Positions 19,270 through 29,344 of a stretch of 64,000 nucleotides of DNA are shown here, piece by piece. How positions within the stretch are numbered: the first letter of the stretch is position 1; every line of letters starts with the position of its first letter. The stretch is taken from positions 256,001 to 320,000 of the forward strand of contig CAWAGQ010000003.1 in the NCBI GenBank assembly GCA_963781585.1, in the 5' to 3' direction. The notes beneath the pieces were generated by a model that was not told the origin of the DNA, ran no database searches, and was given only the letters and a program-made list of their open reading frames with translations. The position numbers and the translations under genes were made by a program. The DNA is from an uncultured Gemmatimonadaceae bacterium (GTDB lineage Bacteria; Gemmatimonadota; Gemmatimonadetes; Gemmatimonadales; Gemmatimonadaceae).

Positions 19270-20039
19270 TGGACGTTGTGATTCTCGCGGGCGGACGAGG
19301 GACCCGGCTCGCCGAAGAGACCGTGCTGCGCCCGAAGCCGATGGTGGAAATTGGTGGCCACCCCATCCTTTGGCACGTGATGCGCATCTACGCGACGCAT
19401 GGCTTCACCCGCTTCTGCGTCGCCTGCGGTTACAAGGGGGAGATGATCAAGGCGTACTTCCAGGACTTCGTGGTCCACAACAGCGATTTCCGGGTCGATC
19501 TGGGGTCGGGACACATCCAGCGCCTGAACGAGAGTCCCGTCGACTGGCAGGTCACACTACTGGACACGGGCCTCGACACCATGACCGCCGGGCGCATTCG
19601 CCGCACGCTCCCGCAGCTGGAGCCGGGGTCGTTCATGGTCACCTACGGCGACGGACTGTCGAACATCGACGTGCGAGCTCTCGCCCGATTCCATCGGGAG
19701 CACGGCAAGCTTGCCACGGTGACCGCGGTACACCCGCCAGCGCGATTCGGAGACCTGAAGCTCGACGGCGACCGCGTGTCCGCCTTTTCCGAGAAGCCAC
19801 AGTCGCACGAGGGCTGGATCAATGGCGGCTTCTTCGTCTTCGAGCCGGGAGTCGCGCAATACCTGGATGGCGACGAACAGGTTCTCGAACGCGAACCGCT
19901 CACCCGGATGGCCGCCGACGGGCAGTTGATGGCGTACCGGCACTCGGGGTTCTGGCAACCCATGGACACCGTGCGCGAGCGGGAACTCCTCGAAACGATG
20001 TGGGCGAGCGGCCGCGCCCCATGGAAGACCTGGCAATGA
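19269..20039 (+). CDS. rfbF: Glucose-1-phosphate cytidylyltransferase
   Basis: LAGGRGTRLAEET, PKPMVEIG, DTGLDTMT, TYGDG, GFWQPMDT. Confidence 0.95.
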   Translation: MDVVILAGGRGTRLAEETVLRPKPMVEIGGHPILWHVMRIYATHGFTRFCVACGYKGEMIKAYFQDFVVHNSDFRVDLGSGHIQRLNESPVDWQVTLLDTGLDTMTAGRIRRTLPQLEPGSFMVTYGDGLSNIDVRALARFHREHGKLATVTAVHPPARFGDLKLDGDRVSAFSEKPQSHEGWINGGFFVFEPGVAQYLDGDEQVLEREPLTRMAADGQLMAYRHSGFWQPMDTVRERELLETMWASGRAPWKTWQ

Positions 20040-21049
20040 CCTTCTGGAATCTGCGCAACGTCTTCGTCACCGGAGCCACCGGCTTGTTGGGCTCGTGGCT
20101 CACGACGGAACTGCTTCGCCGCGGCGCCAACGTGGTGTGCCTGGTGCGCGACTGGGCCCCCGACAGCGAAAGCGTGCTGGCCGGAACGCTGCAGCAGTGC
20201 CGACTGGTCCGCGGTGAGCTGGAGGACTACCCGCTGATCCTGCGCGCCCTCAACGAGTACGAGATCGATTCCGTCTTTCACCTCGGGGCGCAGACGATCG
20301 TGGGCACAGCGTCCAGATCGACCCTCTCCACATTTGAATCGAACATCCGGGGAACGTGGACCCTGCTCGAAGCCGCGAGGCTGTGCGGCCCGCGCATCGA
20401 GCGCGTCATCGTCGCCTCCAGCGACAAGGCGTATGGCGCGCACGACACGTTGCCATATACCGAGGCCACCCCGTTGGCAGGTCGGTTTCCCTACGACGTC
20501 TCGAAGTCCTGCGCCGACCTCATCGCGCAGGCTTACTATCACAGCTTCCGCCTGCCCGTGACCGTAACGCGCTGCGGTAACCTCTATGGCGGAGGCGACC
20601 TGAATTTCAATCGGCTCATTCCGGGCACGATCCGCTCTGCGCTCCGTGGTGAGTCGCCCGTCATCCGCAGCGACGGGACCTACGTCCGCGACTACTTCTA
20701 TGTCGGCGATGCGGTCAACGCCTATCTCCAACTCGCCGAAGCGGTGCCGGGCGATGGCTTCGTGGGCGAGGCCTTCAACTTCGGGACCGAGACCCCCATG
20801 TCGGTCCTCGACACGGCGAAAAAGGTGCTGGCGGTGATGGGGCAGTCGCACCTGCAACTGACGGTCCTGAATCAGGCCGTGAACGAGATCCCGCGACAAT
20901 TTCTGGACTGCTCAAAGGCACGAGCGCGGCTTGCGTGGCACCCGGCGAGCACTCTGGACGCCTCGCTTTCCGTCACCGCGGACTGGTACCGGTCGTGGTT
21001 TCGCGACCGTGAGAGGCGACCGGGCCGTCTCCCCTCCCAATCGCCCTGA
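20036..21049 (+). CDS. rfbG: CDP-glucose 4,6-dehydratase-like
   Basis: FW start, TGATGLLGSW, FHLGAQTIV, SSDKAYG, PYDVSK, RCGNLYGGGD; follows rfbF. Confidence 0.85.
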   Translation: MTFWNLRNVFVTGATGLLGSWLTTELLRRGANVVCLVRDWAPDSESVLAGTLQQCRLVRGELEDYPLILRALNEYEIDSVFHLGAQTIVGTASRSTLSTFESNIRGTWTLLEAARLCGPRIERVIVASSDKAYGAHDTLPYTEATPLAGRFPYDVSKSCADLIAQAYYHSFRLPVTVTRCGNLYGGGDLNFNRLIPGTIRSALRGESPVIRSDGTYVRDYFYVGDAVNAYLQLAEAVPGDGFVGEAFNFGTETPMSVLDTAKKVLAVMGQSHLQLTVLNQAVNEIPRQFLDCSKARARLAWHPASTLDASLSVTADWYRSWFRDRERRPGRLPSQSP

Positions 21050-21112
21050 GGCAGCCTCCCGCCAGGTTCCTACCTCGCATTCAAGGACCGACGGAGGAAA
21101 TGGCGTGCCGGG

Positions 21113-21241
21113 CGTAGCACAGGCGCCACACAGCCCGCAGGTCAGTGACGTCCAGTCGCGTCCATCCATCGAGCAGTGAGACCAGCCCGTACGAGTTCAT
21201 CACGCCATAAGTTCATCCTTGCCAATGGCTTGCCGTTCGCT
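21113..21241 (+). promoter_or_regulatory. Enhancer box plus candidate sigma-54 promoter
   Basis: CGTAGCACAGGCGCCACA 21113-21130 (reverse TGTGGC-N6-GCTACG) and TGGCTTG-CCGT-TCGCT 21226-21241. Confidence 0.45.
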
Positions 21242-21310
21242 CCGTCATTGGTGTTATGGGTTCACGATTTCTCAGGGAACGCGGATCCACCACCCCGAAG
21301 GAGACATTCC

Positions 21311-21457
21311 GTGGGCACCGTCGTTGCCCCTCTCCAACGCGAATCGTACATCGCCAGGCAGGTCTGGCGCGAAGGGACCCTGCGGCTGCAGGAGGTACGA
21401 GAAGGAGGCGGCGGGCTGGGTCAGGAGCCGGGGTTATTCATGGAGGCGCGGTCGTGA
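21311..21457 (+). CDS. Putative 48-aa leader/small protein
   Basis: AAGGAG 21298-21303, GTG start, stop overlaps next start (GTGA). Confidence 0.35.
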   Translation: MGTVVAPLQRESYIARQVWREGTLRLQEVREGGGGLGQEPGLFMEARS

Positions 21458-23034
21458 CGTTTCGCGGGCTGCAGATCCGGGTGTTTCTCACGTGCTGGCT
21501 CGTTTACGGCCTCCACTTCGACACCGAGTTCGTCCGCGAGCACTATCTGGTGGTCAGTATGGCCGAGGACCACTCGTTCGATCTGTCGAAGTACATGGCC
21601 CTGCATCCCGACATCTTCCGTAACCCTCCCAGCGCGCCACACGCGGGCGTTCATCATGGAGCGAATCCGGGCGTCTCGATGCTGGGCGCCCTGGTCTACG
21701 CGCCGTTCAAGCCGGTTGTAGACGTGATCGTGCGTCGGGAACTCGCATCGCGCGGTCCGCTGGATACGAGCGCGGTGTTCCGCGACGAAACCCGCCCGGG
21801 TCGGCTGCAGTTCTATGCCGAGACCCGTCGAATGGGTTTGGACGTTCGCTTCGGACTTGTGGTGATGATCACCGCAGTCCTTTGCATGGCGCCGATCGCC
21901 GCCGCCAGCGTCGTCGTAATGCTGCGCCTGTTCGAGGGGGCAGGACTCAGTCGCCGCCTGTCGCTCATGCTCGCGTTCGTCTACGCATTTGGGACACCGA
22001 TCTTCCTGCGCGCATCGTATCTCAATCAGAACCTGGCCATCGCCGTCTACTCGATTTTTGCCTTTCTCCTGCTGTGGAATCCGGGTGATCGAATCCGGAT
22101 GTCCGCTCGGCAACGGGAGATTCTCGCGGGAGCCATGGGCGGGCTGTGCGTGTTGCACGACTACAGTGGTGGCCTGTCGCTCGCCGTCATGGGCGTGTAC
22201 CTGCTATGGCGTGTGCGAAGCGAGCGCGGAGTCAACGAGGCACTTCGCTCCGGCCTTCGGTACGCAGTCGGCGCGGCTCCGGGCATCCTCCTGCTCTGGT
22301 TCTATCAGTGGCAGAGCTTCGGCAACCCGTTTCTTCCTCCGCAGCACTGGATGCCTCCCGTGGAGTGGAGCGACGTGGGCTACCAGGGCGTGGGGGGATT
22401 CACGTTCGAGCTGTTCCGGATGCTGCTCGTCGATCCGCGATTCGGACTGCTCGTCTGCTCGCCTGTGCTGATACTGGCGTTGGCGACGCCATTCCTCATG
22501 CGCCGGCGCGCGTCGTTCGTTCCCAGGCGGGAACTGCTGTTCTGCTATCTCTTCGTGGGTGCGTTCATCGCGTTCTTCAGCACGGTGCAATACACCCGCC
22601 TGCAATGGGTGAACGTCGGGCCGCGGTATCTCGCGCCGGCGATCCCTTTCCTGTTTCTAGCGGCCGCGCTGACGCTGGTGCGCCTGCCCCGGGTGGTGGC
22701 GTACGCGGTTGCCATCGTATCGTTCGTGGTCACATGGTCCATGACGATGGTGCGCAGCCAGGGCAGCGTGCTGGACTCGCTGGAAAAAGCGTTCATAGGC
22801 GGTATCCGTCTCCCCGCTCTGACTACCTTCTCCCGCATGTCCACACAGTACGCGTCCTGGCTCCACGGCGACGCGTCGCCGTTTCCAGTCCTTCTTCTCG
22901 CGGGAGCGGTGCTCTTCGCCATCTGGTGGATTCCCCGTCCGTGGGCCCCGGTCGTTCCGGCTGTTCAGGTGTCCGCGGCCGACGGCACGCACGCGGCTGA
23001 TCCGGACGCATTACCGCCGAGTCCTGCATCGTGA
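21454..23034 (+). CDS. Polytopic membrane protein, probable GT-C glycosyltransferase
   Basis: About 10 or more TM segments, acidic first loop (DTEFVREHY), FGNPF and GPRYLAPAIPFL motifs; next to a DPM-like GT2. Confidence 0.65.
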   Translation: MTFRGLQIRVFLTCWLVYGLHFDTEFVREHYLVVSMAEDHSFDLSKYMALHPDIFRNPPSAPHAGVHHGANPGVSMLGALVYAPFKPVVDVIVRRELASRGPLDTSAVFRDETRPGRLQFYAETRRMGLDVRFGLVVMITAVLCMAPIAAASVVVMLRLFEGAGLSRRLSLMLAFVYAFGTPIFLRASYLNQNLAIAVYSIFAFLLLWNPGDRIRMSARQREILAGAMGGLCVLHDYSGGLSLAVMGVYLLWRVRSERGVNEALRSGLRYAVGAAPGILLLWFYQWQSFGNPFLPPQHWMPPVEWSDVGYQGVGGFTFELFRMLLVDPRFGLLVCSPVLILALATPFLMRRRASFVPRRELLFCYLFVGAFIAFFSTVQYTRLQWVNVGPRYLAPAIPFLFLAAALTLVRLPRVVAYAVAIVSFVVTWSMTMVRSQGSVLDSLEKAFIGGIRLPALTTFSRMSTQYASWLHGDASPFPVLLLAGAVLFAIWWIPRPWAPVVPAVQVSAADGTHAADPDALPPSPAS

Positions 23035-23855
23035 TGGCCGTCCCCCACGCATCCATGGATTCGCCTTCGCCGGCGGAACGCCGGAACGAGCCGTCGGTAG
23101 ACGTCGTGATTCCGGTGCTCAACGAAGCCCACGTGCTGGCCCGGAGCGTCGACACCCTGCGGAGCTTTCTGGCGACCCATCCCGGCATCAGGTGGCGGGT
23201 CGTGATCGTGGACAATGGGTCCACCGACGGCACCGACGAGGTTGCGCGGCGCATTGTCGCCACGTATCACCGCGACGTGCAGTTCGTGCAGCTGCCGCAG
23301 CGGGGTCGAGGGCGGGCGCTCCGGCACGCCTGGACGCAGAGCGACGCAGACATTCTGTGCTACACGGATGTGGACCTGTCAACGGAGCTGGCGGCGCTGC
23401 CCAAGATGGTGCAGGCGATTCTCGAGGAAGGCTACCACGTCGCGACGGGTTCGCGGCTGATGCGGGAATCGCGCACTACCCGCAGCTTCAAGCGTGAGCT
23501 CATCTCCCGGTGCTACAATCTCCTGGTCAAGGCGGTATTGTGGACGTCATTCAGTGACGCACAGTGCGGCTTCAAGGCGGTATGCCGGCAGGTCGTCTCC
23601 GAGGTCATTCCCGACGTCAAGGACCAGTCGTGGTTTTTCGACACCGAGTTGATGGTGCTCGCCGAGAAGCGAGGCTACCGCATCAAGGACGTCCCGGTGC
23701 ACTGGGTGGAAGACGACGACAGCAGGGTGAGAATCGTGCGCACCGCCTGGGACGACATCACGGGCGTCGTGCGGGTGCGGTGGACGTTGTGGCGCGAGGC
23801 GCTCTCACCGCAGCGCCGACGCCCGGTTCCGGTGTCGAAGCACACGCCTGCATAA
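23031..23855 (+). CDS. GT2, dolichyl/undecaprenyl-phosphate glycosyltransferase-like
   Basis: VVIPVLNE, VDNGSTD, GRGRA, YTDVDLS, DAQCGFK, WFFDTEL. Confidence 0.9.
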   Translation: MMAVPHASMDSPSPAERRNEPSVDVVIPVLNEAHVLARSVDTLRSFLATHPGIRWRVVIVDNGSTDGTDEVARRIVATYHRDVQFVQLPQRGRGRALRHAWTQSDADILCYTDVDLSTELAALPKMVQAILEEGYHVATGSRLMRESRTTRSFKRELISRCYNLLVKAVLWTSFSDAQCGFKAVCRQVVSEVIPDVKDQSWFFDTELMVLAEKRGYRIKDVPVHWVEDDDSRVRIVRTAWDDITGVVRVRWTLWREALSPQRRRPVPVSKHTPA

Positions 23856-23925
23856 CGACACGGCACGGACGTCCGATCCGCCGCACCGACCTCTCGGCCG
23901 AGGACGCTCTTCCGGTCCGTCCGGC

Positions 23926-24879
23926 GTGACGGGGATCTTCGTGACCGGGGCGAGCGGGTTCGTGGGCCGGCATCTTCTCCGGGCGCTCGACGCCGCCGGT
24001 GCATCGCAGGTGCTCTGCCTCACGAGAAACGCTGGCGGGCTGGCCGCGCTCGAGGCGTGGAATGACGGCTGGGAATGCATCTCCGGCGATCTCCTTGACC
24101 CCGCGTCGTACGCCGCACGCATCCCGGCCGGCGGCTGCGTGGTGCACCTGGCCGCCGCGGTCGGCAAGCGGCCCGGGCGTGACTACGAGCGCGTGAACGT
24201 GGATGGAACCAGAGTGCTCCTGGAGACGGCCGCGGCTGCCGGGGCGGCGCACTTCGTGTTCGCCAGCACAATCGCGACGACCTACCCCGACCTGGCCCGG
24301 TATCCCTATGCCCGCTCGAAGCGCGACGCCGAAGACCTGGTCCGTGCGGGTAGCCTTCCCTTTACCGTCCTCCGCCCCACCATCGTGCTCAGCGAGGGGA
24401 GCTACGCGCTGGCCGCGTTGCGGCGGATGGCGCTCCGGCGTCGCCCGATCGTGCCCGGCTCCGGACGTGTGGAAGTGCAGCCGGTGAGCGTGAACGATGT
24501 CGCGCGCGTGTTCTTCCGGGCGGCGGTCGATCGCTGGCCGGGCGAGACCGTCGACGTGGGGGGACCAGAGGTCGTGTCAATGGAGCGACTGCTGGCACTC
24601 ATTCGTGAGGCGCACGAATTGCCCCCTCGCGCGCCGATTCACGTTCCCATTCGGGCGATCCGACAGTTCCTCGCGCTGATCGAACCCCTGCTGGGGTTCA
24701 TGCTTCCGGTTACCGCCGGTCAACTCGCGGCCTTCGCGTTTCCGTCTCGTGCGGCGGAGAGCCCGAGAATGTCGGCTTTGCTGCCGGGACTGACGCCCCT
24801 GCGCGGCATGCTCGGTGGCGCGGCCGCAGACACGCGTCGTGACGACGCGCAGCCGCGCGCGCCTGCGGAATCGCGGTGA
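23926..24879 (+). CDS. NAD-dependent epimerase/dehydratase family protein
   Basis: VTGASGFVG, VHLAA, YARSK. Confidence 0.85.
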   Translation: MTGIFVTGASGFVGRHLLRALDAAGASQVLCLTRNAGGLAALEAWNDGWECISGDLLDPASYAARIPAGGCVVHLAAAVGKRPGRDYERVNVDGTRVLLETAAAAGAAHFVFASTIATTYPDLARYPYARSKRDAEDLVRAGSLPFTVLRPTIVLSEGSYALAALRRMALRRRPIVPGSGRVEVQPVSVNDVARVFFRAAVDRWPGETVDVGGPEVVSMERLLALIREAHELPPRAPIHVPIRAIRQFLALIEPLLGFMLPVTAGQLAAFAFPSRAAESPRMSALLPGLTPLRGMLGGAAADTRRDDAQPRAPAESR

Positions 24880-25322
24880 GCCAGATGGCTGATCTCGCCC
24901 GCGAATGCGACGTCTTCACGCGGTATCTCGGACATCGCTCGACGCCGTATGTGACCGGCAAGTATCAGGACGGTCACGGCGCCATTCCGACGACTTCGCG
25001 CTCCGACCTGCTGGATCGGGCGTTGCTCGCGTTCGCGCGGGTGGCGCCGTGGGCGACCGGCCTCGCCGACACCTACGCCGCGCTCTTCCGACGCGATGCG
25101 CGGCTGCGCCTCAAACTCGTGCTGCTGGTGGCGATCCTCGAGAACGCGCCCGGCACCCATCGCTGGTTTGACGAGGCCATCGAGTCGACGCGCGCGACGG
25201 TGGCCGGCGTGATGCTGCTGACAGGGATCTCCTGGGCGCTCCGCACGGCGGTGGCCGTCGCCGTGTTCGCGCTTCCGCACCTGGCGTCGGGACTCAGCCG
25301 GAGCAGCGGCCGCGGTGGCTAG
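24876..25322 (+). CDS. Hypothetical protein with C-terminal TM segments
   Basis: Overlaps both neighbours; LRLKLVLLVAILE plus hydrophobic C-terminus. Confidence 0.6.
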   Translation: MSQMADLARECDVFTRYLGHRSTPYVTGKYQDGHGAIPTTSRSDLLDRALLAFARVAPWATGLADTYAALFRRDARLRLKLVLLVAILENAPGTHRWFDEAIESTRATVAGVMLLTGISWALRTAVAVAVFALPHLASGLSRSSGRGG

Positions 25323-26943
25323 GGTGCTGGTGGTCGGCTCGGGCGCGTCGGGCGTCCACTTCGCCCTCTCGGCGCTCCAGCGCGGGCATCAGGTGGTGAT
25401 GCTCGACGTGGGTTACGCTCCGGCACGCGAGCAACCGGCGCCGCAAGCGGCGTATCGGGGGCTCAAGGAGACGCTCGACGACCCGGTGGCGTATTTCGTG
25501 GGAGAGCGCGTGGACGGCGTGGTGTACCCCGGACCGGTCACGAAGCATTTCGGCATCCCGCCGTCGAAGGACTACGTCTTCGCGCGTCCTCCCGCGTTCG
25601 CGCTCTCCACGACCGGGTTCGATCCGATGATCTCGTTCGCCCGCGGGGGCCTCGCGGAAACCTGGACTGCGGGGTGTTACGAGCTGAGCGACCACGACCT
25701 GGCCGACTTCCCGATTTCCTTCGCCGACCTCGCGCCCTACTACGCCGAGGTGGCCGGCCGCATCGGCGTGTCGGGCGAGCGGGACGACATCGCGCGCTTT
25801 TCGCCCTTCACCGCGAGCTATCTCGACGCCCTGCCCCTCGACGCGCACTCGCGGCGCCTGCTCGACCGCTATGCGGGAGCGCGCGATCGACTCCAGCGCG
25901 AGCTCGGATTCCACATGGGACGCTCGCGCGTCGCCACCCTCTCGCGCGATCACGCCGGCAGGAGAGCATGCAGCGGTCTGGGGCGATGCCTCTGGGGTTG
26001 CCCGACCGGATCGTTGTATGCCCCGTCGATGACGCTGGGCGAATGTCTCACCTGGACGCAGTTCGAGTACCTCTCCGGGTGCGAGGTCCGGTACTTCGAC
26101 TACGACACCGCCGGACGGGTGACACGCGTGGTGGCCCAGGCCGCGACCGGCGCCGGAGCCCGCGAGTTCTCCGCCGACGTGATCGTGCTGGCGGCCGGGA
26201 CGCTGGGCACGTCACGCATCTACCTGGCCTCGGTTTCGCGGCGGGAGCGGCGCCAGGTCTCGTTAGGTGGCCTGATGGACAACCCGCACGCGGTCATGCC
26301 GTTCATCACCCCTGCCCACCTCGGCTCCGCCATGGAGCCGGACTCGTACCAGTTCCACCTGTTGGCCCTGGCATTGGAACGCGACGACGGCACGCAGGCA
26401 GCGCACGGGCAGATCACCACGTTGCGAGCGGCCGCTGTCCACCCGATCGTACAGAGCCTCCCGCTCGACCTGCGGCGCAGTCTGACGACCTTTCGCCGCC
26501 TGCGCGCGGCCCTCGGGGTCGCCAACCTGTGGAGTCCGGGCGTCCGTCACGCTGACGATGCGGTCACCATCCGCCCCGCCGACGCGGGGCGTGAGGTGCT
26601 GGAGATTCACTGCCGAAGCGATGCCGAGTCGGACCGTGCCGTGCGCGCCGCGATCGCGCGCGTCCGGCGCGCGCTCTCACTTCTGGGGTGCGTGGCGCCG
26701 CGTGCGCTGACGCAGGTACTCCCTCTGGGATCGAGCGCGCATTATGCAGGAACGCTTCCCATGTCGGTTGACGAGCACGAGCACACGTGCTCCGCCGACG
26801 GGCGGGTGCGCGGATTCGAGAACCTCATCGTCGCGGACGGAGCGGCGTTTCCCGGACTTCCAGCCAAGAACCTGACGTTCACGCTGATGGCGAACGCAGC
26901 CAGACTTGCCGACCGCCTGGGGCGCGTCGGCGGCGGGGCGTGA
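25315..26943 (+). CDS. GMC-family flavoprotein oxidoreductase
   Basis: VVGSGASG, CSGLGRCLWGC, VLAAGTLG, HYAGTLPM, NLTFTLMANA. Confidence 0.85.
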   Translation: MARVLVVGSGASGVHFALSALQRGHQVVMLDVGYAPAREQPAPQAAYRGLKETLDDPVAYFVGERVDGVVYPGPVTKHFGIPPSKDYVFARPPAFALSTTGFDPMISFARGGLAETWTAGCYELSDHDLADFPISFADLAPYYAEVAGRIGVSGERDDIARFSPFTASYLDALPLDAHSRRLLDRYAGARDRLQRELGFHMGRSRVATLSRDHAGRRACSGLGRCLWGCPTGSLYAPSMTLGECLTWTQFEYLSGCEVRYFDYDTAGRVTRVVAQAATGAGAREFSADVIVLAAGTLGTSRIYLASVSRRERRQVSLGGLMDNPHAVMPFITPAHLGSAMEPDSYQFHLLALALERDDGTQAAHGQITTLRAAAVHPIVQSLPLDLRRSLTTFRRLRAALGVANLWSPGVRHADDAVTIRPADAGREVLEIHCRSDAESDRAVRAAIARVRRALSLLGCVAPRALTQVLPLGSSAHYAGTLPMSVDEHEHTCSADGRVRGFENLIVADGAAFPGLPAKNLTFTLMANAARLADRLGRVGGGA

Positions 26944-27055
26944 TCCGGGACCAATGTGCTGCGCCCGGCTGTCGGCCGCAGACCCGCGCAGCGTCAGTGG
27001 GATCCCGAGGTGCAGAGCACCTGAAGCCCGACATGGCCGGACGCGTCCGATCGGC

Positions 27056-28915
27056 TCAGGCGACGAGAAGGGAACGGCCCTCCAGCGTCGCGGTCAGGGG
27101 CACCGACAGCGCGTCGAGTATCGTCGGCGCGAGATCCAGCAGTGATGCGGACCCTTCCCGGAAGGAACGCGACATGAAAAGCACGCCCGGTACGAGGGTG
27201 GGATCAATGATGTGGTCGCCGCCCCATTTCCGCAGGTTGTCCTCGAACACCACCGCGGGCACGCTGCCTAACGCCGTATCCCAGGACACCCGGTAGCCTT
27301 CGGCAAAATCGACCACCACATCCGGCGACTCGTCGGCGAACGGTCCGGAATACAGCTGCCCGCGGGTGTGGGCCCCGCGCACTGCCACGACGCCGCGCTC
27401 CGGATCCACCAGTCCGGTGATGCGCCGAGCCACCTCGTCGCCTACGCGGTCCGCCTCGTCCCGGGCGACGATCCCCTCGGCATCTCGCCCGCGCACATTG
27501 ACGTAGACGCTTCCCAGTCCGAGTGCATAGGCGCGGGTGCGCCCCCAATCCACCTGTCGCAGAAAATCACCCGCCTCCGGGCCGGGCTGCACTCCAGCCT
27601 TCAACGCCAGGTATCCGTTGGCGTGCAACCAGGCATTGAGGTGGACGCCACGCTGAAACGACCTGAACCCGTGGTCGCTCAGGACCATGACCAGCGTGTC
27701 GTCGCCGCAGGCGTCGAGCACCCTGCCGACGACGCCGTCGCAGCGCTCGTAGTGTTCTTCGATGACGTGCCCGTACCGTGCGCGCTCGTCGGGCCGACGG
27801 CGATTGGCCGGGTGCTCCGGCTCGCCGAACCGCCAGAACATGTGCTGCACCCGATCCGGCGTGTCGAACAGGCAGAAGACAAGCCCGTTGCGCACTCGTT
27901 GCAGCTCAAGCATCAGCATGCGCTCGCGCTCGCGCATGACGTGCTCGCACTGCGCGAGAAATGCATCTTCCCCAAACCGTTCGTTCGTCAGTCCTGCATG
28001 ATCCTCCACCATGCCGGTCGTGTAGAACGGCCCCAGCTGTGCTGCCAGCTCGGCGGCGTACTCCCACGGGTGACTGATGGGAAAAGCCGGCGCCACCGGA
28101 TCGAAGTTCACGGGCGACGCGTGGAGCTCCACCGGCGACCCGGAGCCGACGAGCAGGAATCGCACCATTCCCGATGTGGATTGCAGAGGACCGGAGCGGA
28201 ACCTGAGGCGCAGCCAATCGCTCCACAGGCCCTCCCGAAGCTCCAGCGTGCGCGGCCGCCCGCGACTGAGGATCCGGGCGCAATGCGCTGAAGCATCGAT
28301 GCGCAGGGTAATCGCTTCGGTCACGTCGCCCCGCGTTCGCGGGTCGCGCGGTCCCACCAGGTGAGTCCGAAACTCGCCGCCCTCACCGGCCAGGCGCACC
28401 ACCTGTTCGCTGTCTCCGCGCGCCACATGGTCCGCGGTCGTGTAGAACGTCGAGGTGCCGATTCCGAGGCGCAGGTCGGGAACACCCATGCCCGAAAGCA
28501 ATCGTCCACGGAAGGCGGCCGGCGGATAGGTGCAGGGACACCGGATGATCGCCGATTCGACGCCGGCGTCAGAGAGGATCTCCCACACCGGCGTCCCGCG
28601 CCGGAGGTTCACGGCCTGTGGGGGGAGAAAGGCCCGGGTCTGTTCGTAGCGATTGAGACCGAGATCGGGAAGGTAGGTCGAGGGATCGCGTCGCAGAAAA
28701 TCGAAGATCCCATGACCCCCGGGATTCACCCCGGTCGCGAAGGTGGACCATGCCACCGGCGTCTGGGCCGGCGTCGTCGTCGCAACCCGCGAATACCCGC
28801 CGCGATCACGCAAGCGGGCCAGGTTGGGGAGTCGGCCGCGGGACAGCATCGCGTCCACAAGAGTGGGCTCGAAACCATCGAGCCCGAGAACGATCACCCT
28901 GGGTATCGCTCGCAC
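27056..28915 (-). CDS. Alkaline-phosphatase superfamily protein (type I phosphodiesterase/NPP-like), no signal peptide
   Basis: VLGLDG, PAQTPVAWSTFATG, HGIFDF, DRVQHMFW, SDHGF, GDH. Confidence 0.88.
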   Translation of the reverse strand: MRAIPRVIVLGLDGFEPTLVDAMLSRGRLPNLARLRDRGGYSRVATTTPAQTPVAWSTFATGVNPGGHGIFDFLRRDPSTYLPDLGLNRYEQTRAFLPPQAVNLRRGTPVWEILSDAGVESAIIRCPCTYPPAAFRGRLLSGMGVPDLRLGIGTSTFYTTADHVARGDSEQVVRLAGEGGEFRTHLVGPRDPRTRGDVTEAITLRIDASAHCARILSRGRPRTLELREGLWSDWLRLRFRSGPLQSTSGMVRFLLVGSGSPVELHASPVNFDPVAPAFPISHPWEYAAELAAQLGPFYTTGMVEDHAGLTNERFGEDAFLAQCEHVMRERERMLMLELQRVRNGLVFCLFDTPDRVQHMFWRFGEPEHPANRRRPDERARYGHVIEEHYERCDGVVGRVLDACGDDTLVMVLSDHGFRSFQRGVHLNAWLHANGYLALKAGVQPGPEAGDFLRQVDWGRTRAYALGLGSVYVNVRGRDAEGIVARDEADRVGDEVARRITGLVDPERGVVAVRGAHTRGQLYSGPFADESPDVVVDFAEGYRVSWDTALGSVPAVVFEDNLRKWGGDHIIDPTLVPGVLFMSRSFREGSASLLDLAPTILDALSVPLTATLEGRSLLVA

Positions 28916-29110
28916 CGGATGGCGTTATGCGGCGACGCTGCCAGAACCGTCAGGAGGAACGATTTCAGGCCCTTCGCCCATCGCGCGCATGACGCAACGG
29001 TGATGGCGACGCACACCACTGGATCGAAGCGCGGGAGGATGCGATCGAGTACAGGGATCGCGCGCCGGCCCGCAATTTCGGTGTCACCACAGCAACGTGT
29101 CCGGGCTCAA

Positions 29111-29245
29111 CTAGCGCCGACCGGTAATACGACTCACCAGGAGTCGCACCGCGCCTACCACTCGCCTCCAGAACATGAGCAGAAAGCCCGCAATCGCCGC
29201 GAATGCCGAGGCGACGGGCATGAGGGAATCGGGACCGAGATACAC
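29111..29245 (-). CDS. Unannotated 44-aa single-TM peptide (YLGP type)
   Basis: AGGAG RBS at 29256-29260; MYLGPDSLMPVASAFAAIAGFLLMFWRRVVGAVRLLVSRITGRR. Confidence 0.75.
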   Translation of the reverse strand: MYLGPDSLMPVASAFAAIAGFLLMFWRRVVGAVRLLVSRITGRR

Positions 29246-29344
29246 GTGTCAGCGTCTCCTCTATGTTGCCGGTCGTCGGGAGGACCGTCGATCAAGACCA
29301 CGACGAACCATCGCTTCCGACGTTTCCGGAGACAGGAACCCACA

